Of a stretch of 64,000 nucleotides of DNA, positions 62,507-64,000 are shown in pieces (the first letter of the stretch is position 1; the number at the start of each line of letters is the position of its first letter). The stretch comes from a virus (lineage: Duplodnaviria > Heunggongvirae > Uroviricota > Caudoviricetes). Position numbers and translations under genes: made by a program. The notes below the pieces were generated by a model, which searched no databases, was not told where the DNA came from, and worked only from the letters and a program-made list of their open reading frames with translations. The DNA lies in IMG/VR virus record IMGVR_UViG_3300025316_000590, positions 64,134-128,133 of that record; one strand, written 5' to 3'.

Positions 62507-62995
62507 ATGAGCAAGTTCAAGTTGTGGCCAGGGCGGGTGCAGACGGTGGTTGGGGTGGTGTTCTACCTCTATCTGATGTTCGTCTGCATTCGCGGCCCGT
62601 GGTGGTCGAAGCTGGTTGCTGTGATCTTCGCCCTGTACGCAGTCAATGTGGTTGCGAGTCTGGCCCTGCACCGCACGGCGTGGTATACGAAGTCCACGAG
62701 CAGGGGTTGGTGGTATCGGTGGGCCTTCCGCCGCCTTCGTTTTAAGATGAAGCAGATCTTACCCGACCATGCCTTGTTGTCTTACCCTTGGGCTATTTTT
62801 GTTGAGCTAGAAATACCTGCGATCTTCGAGCAAGGCGGCCTGCCGGCAGTACGCGAGGCCATCGATGGATGGGGTGAGAAGCAGGAGAAGGCGTTCGACG
62901 CGATGATCCACAAGGTATGCGAGAAGCATTTCGCAACCGAGTCTATACTCGATGACGACTTCGTGCTGACGCCCGACGAGGATGAATCACCATGA
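62507..62995 (+). CDS. Membrane protein
   Basis: Two N-terminal TM segments. Confidence 0.65.
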   Translation: MSKFKLWPGRVQTVVGVVFYLYLMFVCIRGPWWSKLVAVIFALYAVNVVASLALHRTAWYTKSTSRGWWYRWAFRRLRFKMKQILPDHALLSYPWAIFVELEIPAIFEQGGLPAVREAIDGWGEKQEKAFDAMIHKVCEKHFATESILDDDFVLTPDEDESP

Positions 62996-63399
62996 GCGTC
63001 GAAAGTGAAATCCTGGCCGCGACAAACCAGGTTGGTCGCCGCCCGACCGAGGACGAGCAAGATTACCTGAAGCGAATCAGCCAAGCCACGTTCGATCTGT
63101 CACCGACAGTATGGAACCGCATGTCGGAACAGGCTCGCAGGTGGTCTTACGATTCGGTTGTGGCTCAGGACGGAAACGGCGTGTTACCGCCGATGCCCGT
63201 CACGCCGAAGAGCAAGTTTGGCGAGGCCCACATCGAAATGCTTCAGGAGGCCATCCAGCAGGCACTAGACCGCGTGGCCATCGAGTTTTTGACCAGTAGC
63301 GACCGCTTCCGCAACCTCGACCTGAACTTCGACGTGGGTGTAGGTATCACCAGCGGTGAACGCAGCGTGACCTTCAAGGTCGAAGCAACAACCCCGTAA
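62992..63399 (+). CDS. Hypothetical protein
   Basis: ATGA overlap with the upstream gene. Confidence 0.65.
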   Translation: MSVESEILAATNQVGRRPTEDEQDYLKRISQATFDLSPTVWNRMSEQARRWSYDSVVAQDGNGVLPPMPVTPKSKFGEAHIEMLQEAIQQALDRVAIEFLTSSDRFRNLDLNFDVGVGITSGERSVTFKVEATTP

Positions 63400-63501
63400 C
63401 CAACGAACTTCTGCTCCCCGTGCCGAGATGCCTTGGGCGGCATACGGTTGGCGAAAGCCAGCCGACCTCGGCACGGGTATTTAAACAATGGAGACCGTAT
63501 C

Positions 63502-63903
63502 ATGCCCCGCACAGCCGACCTCGCTCCCATGCCCGACGATTGGGCACCCTGGTGTACTGACTACGACCGCCGCCGAGCCTGGGAGCAGCACCTGAAGCTG
63601 ACCGCCGCCATGCAACGCGAGAACGAGCAACTGCGGAAGCACGCCGCGAAGCTGCCCCGTCGCCAGTATATGGCATCAGCGACGACCGGCGAACGCAGCC
63701 TGCTGAACGCTGCGGTGGAGACGTTCACCGATTTCGGCGAGGAGGGCCGCAAGACCAGAATTGGCCAGCACCTGACCATCGCTACGGCCTTAACGCAGTA
63801 CGCCCGCCTGTGGAATACCTATGGGCGGCTTCACGGCTTCCGGGTCTGGCAGGAGGAGACCGAACTGGGCAAACAGCAGCGTCTGGCCCGCCGCCGAAAA
63901 TGA
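63502..63903 (+). CDS. Hypothetical protein
   Basis: GGAG RBS. Confidence 0.6.
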   Translation: MPRTADLAPMPDDWAPWCTDYDRRRAWEQHLKLTAAMQRENEQLRKHAAKLPRRQYMASATTGERSLLNAAVETFTDFGEEGRKTRIGQHLTIATALTQYARLWNTYGRLHGFRVWQEETELGKQQRLARRRK

Positions 63904-63910
63904 ATCCGAA

Positions 63911-63931
63911 CGGCACACGGGTTGCATGATA
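63911..63931 (+). promoter_or_regulatory. sigma54-type promoter
   Basis: CGGCAC-ACGGG-TTGCATGATA. Confidence 0.8.
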
Positions 63932-64000
63932 TGACCTGCGATAGCGAGGCCGACCGGCCCGCGACGAAACACCGCAAGGAAAGCTACCATGTACACGAAG

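Noticed and set aside
1-64000. CRISPR array or other regularly spaced repeat-spacer array
   Set aside because: The repeated GGCAC-N7-GCATG motif is dispersed, irregularly spaced and tied to gene starts. I found no constant-period array.
1-64000. Integrase, transposase/IS element, TnpB/IscB or sigma54 enhancer-binding protein
   Set aside because: No ORF shows the diagnostic motifs (tyrosine/serine recombinase, DDE, RuvC, GAFTGA). They could lie outside the window.

Overview
This window is part of a GC-rich, lytic-looking siphovirus-type phage genome. No integrase, transposase or CRISPR array is present. The likely host is a Planctomycete; this is inferred from the sigma-70 factor type, the CsrA-like gene and the HARE-HTH gene. 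From 1 to 25.3 kb (+ strand) lies the virion module: head decoration protein, major capsid protein, Ig-like, papain-like and membrane proteins, a fibre, Mu-like head-tail joining proteins, tail tube, chaperones, tape measure, tail tip and several glycosyltransferases. From 25.3 to 47 kb is a mosaic early region of small genes, an ATP-dependent DNA ligase and seven endonuclease genes; an eighth lies at 60.8 kb. From 47 to 56 kb are tRNA-Met, a complete tmRNA, primase, replication proteins, DnaB-like and SNF2 helicases, a sigma-70 factor and a CsrA-like gene. From 56 to 64 kb are more early genes, including an amidoligase and a class II glutamine amidotransferase. Five signals are not explained by the gene list. 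(1) Nineteen co-oriented copies of GGCAC-N7-GCATG(ATA), with exact sigma54 -24/-12 spacing, head the early transcription units. (2) Several of these promoters lead into highly structured non-coding RNAs, one with a tRNA-like domain. (3) All eight endonuclease genes carry their own sigma70-type promoter, and four share a covarying A-B-A'-B' leader RNA with a conserved U-G wobble. (4) Endonuclease cassettes have split a nucleoside-deoxyribosyltransferase-like gene and appear to have swapped a new ligase into an old one. (5) A 124-nt RNA has a G3-U70 alanine acceptor stem and the same T-arm as the phage tmRNA. All protein calls come from motif recognition only; no database searches were run.
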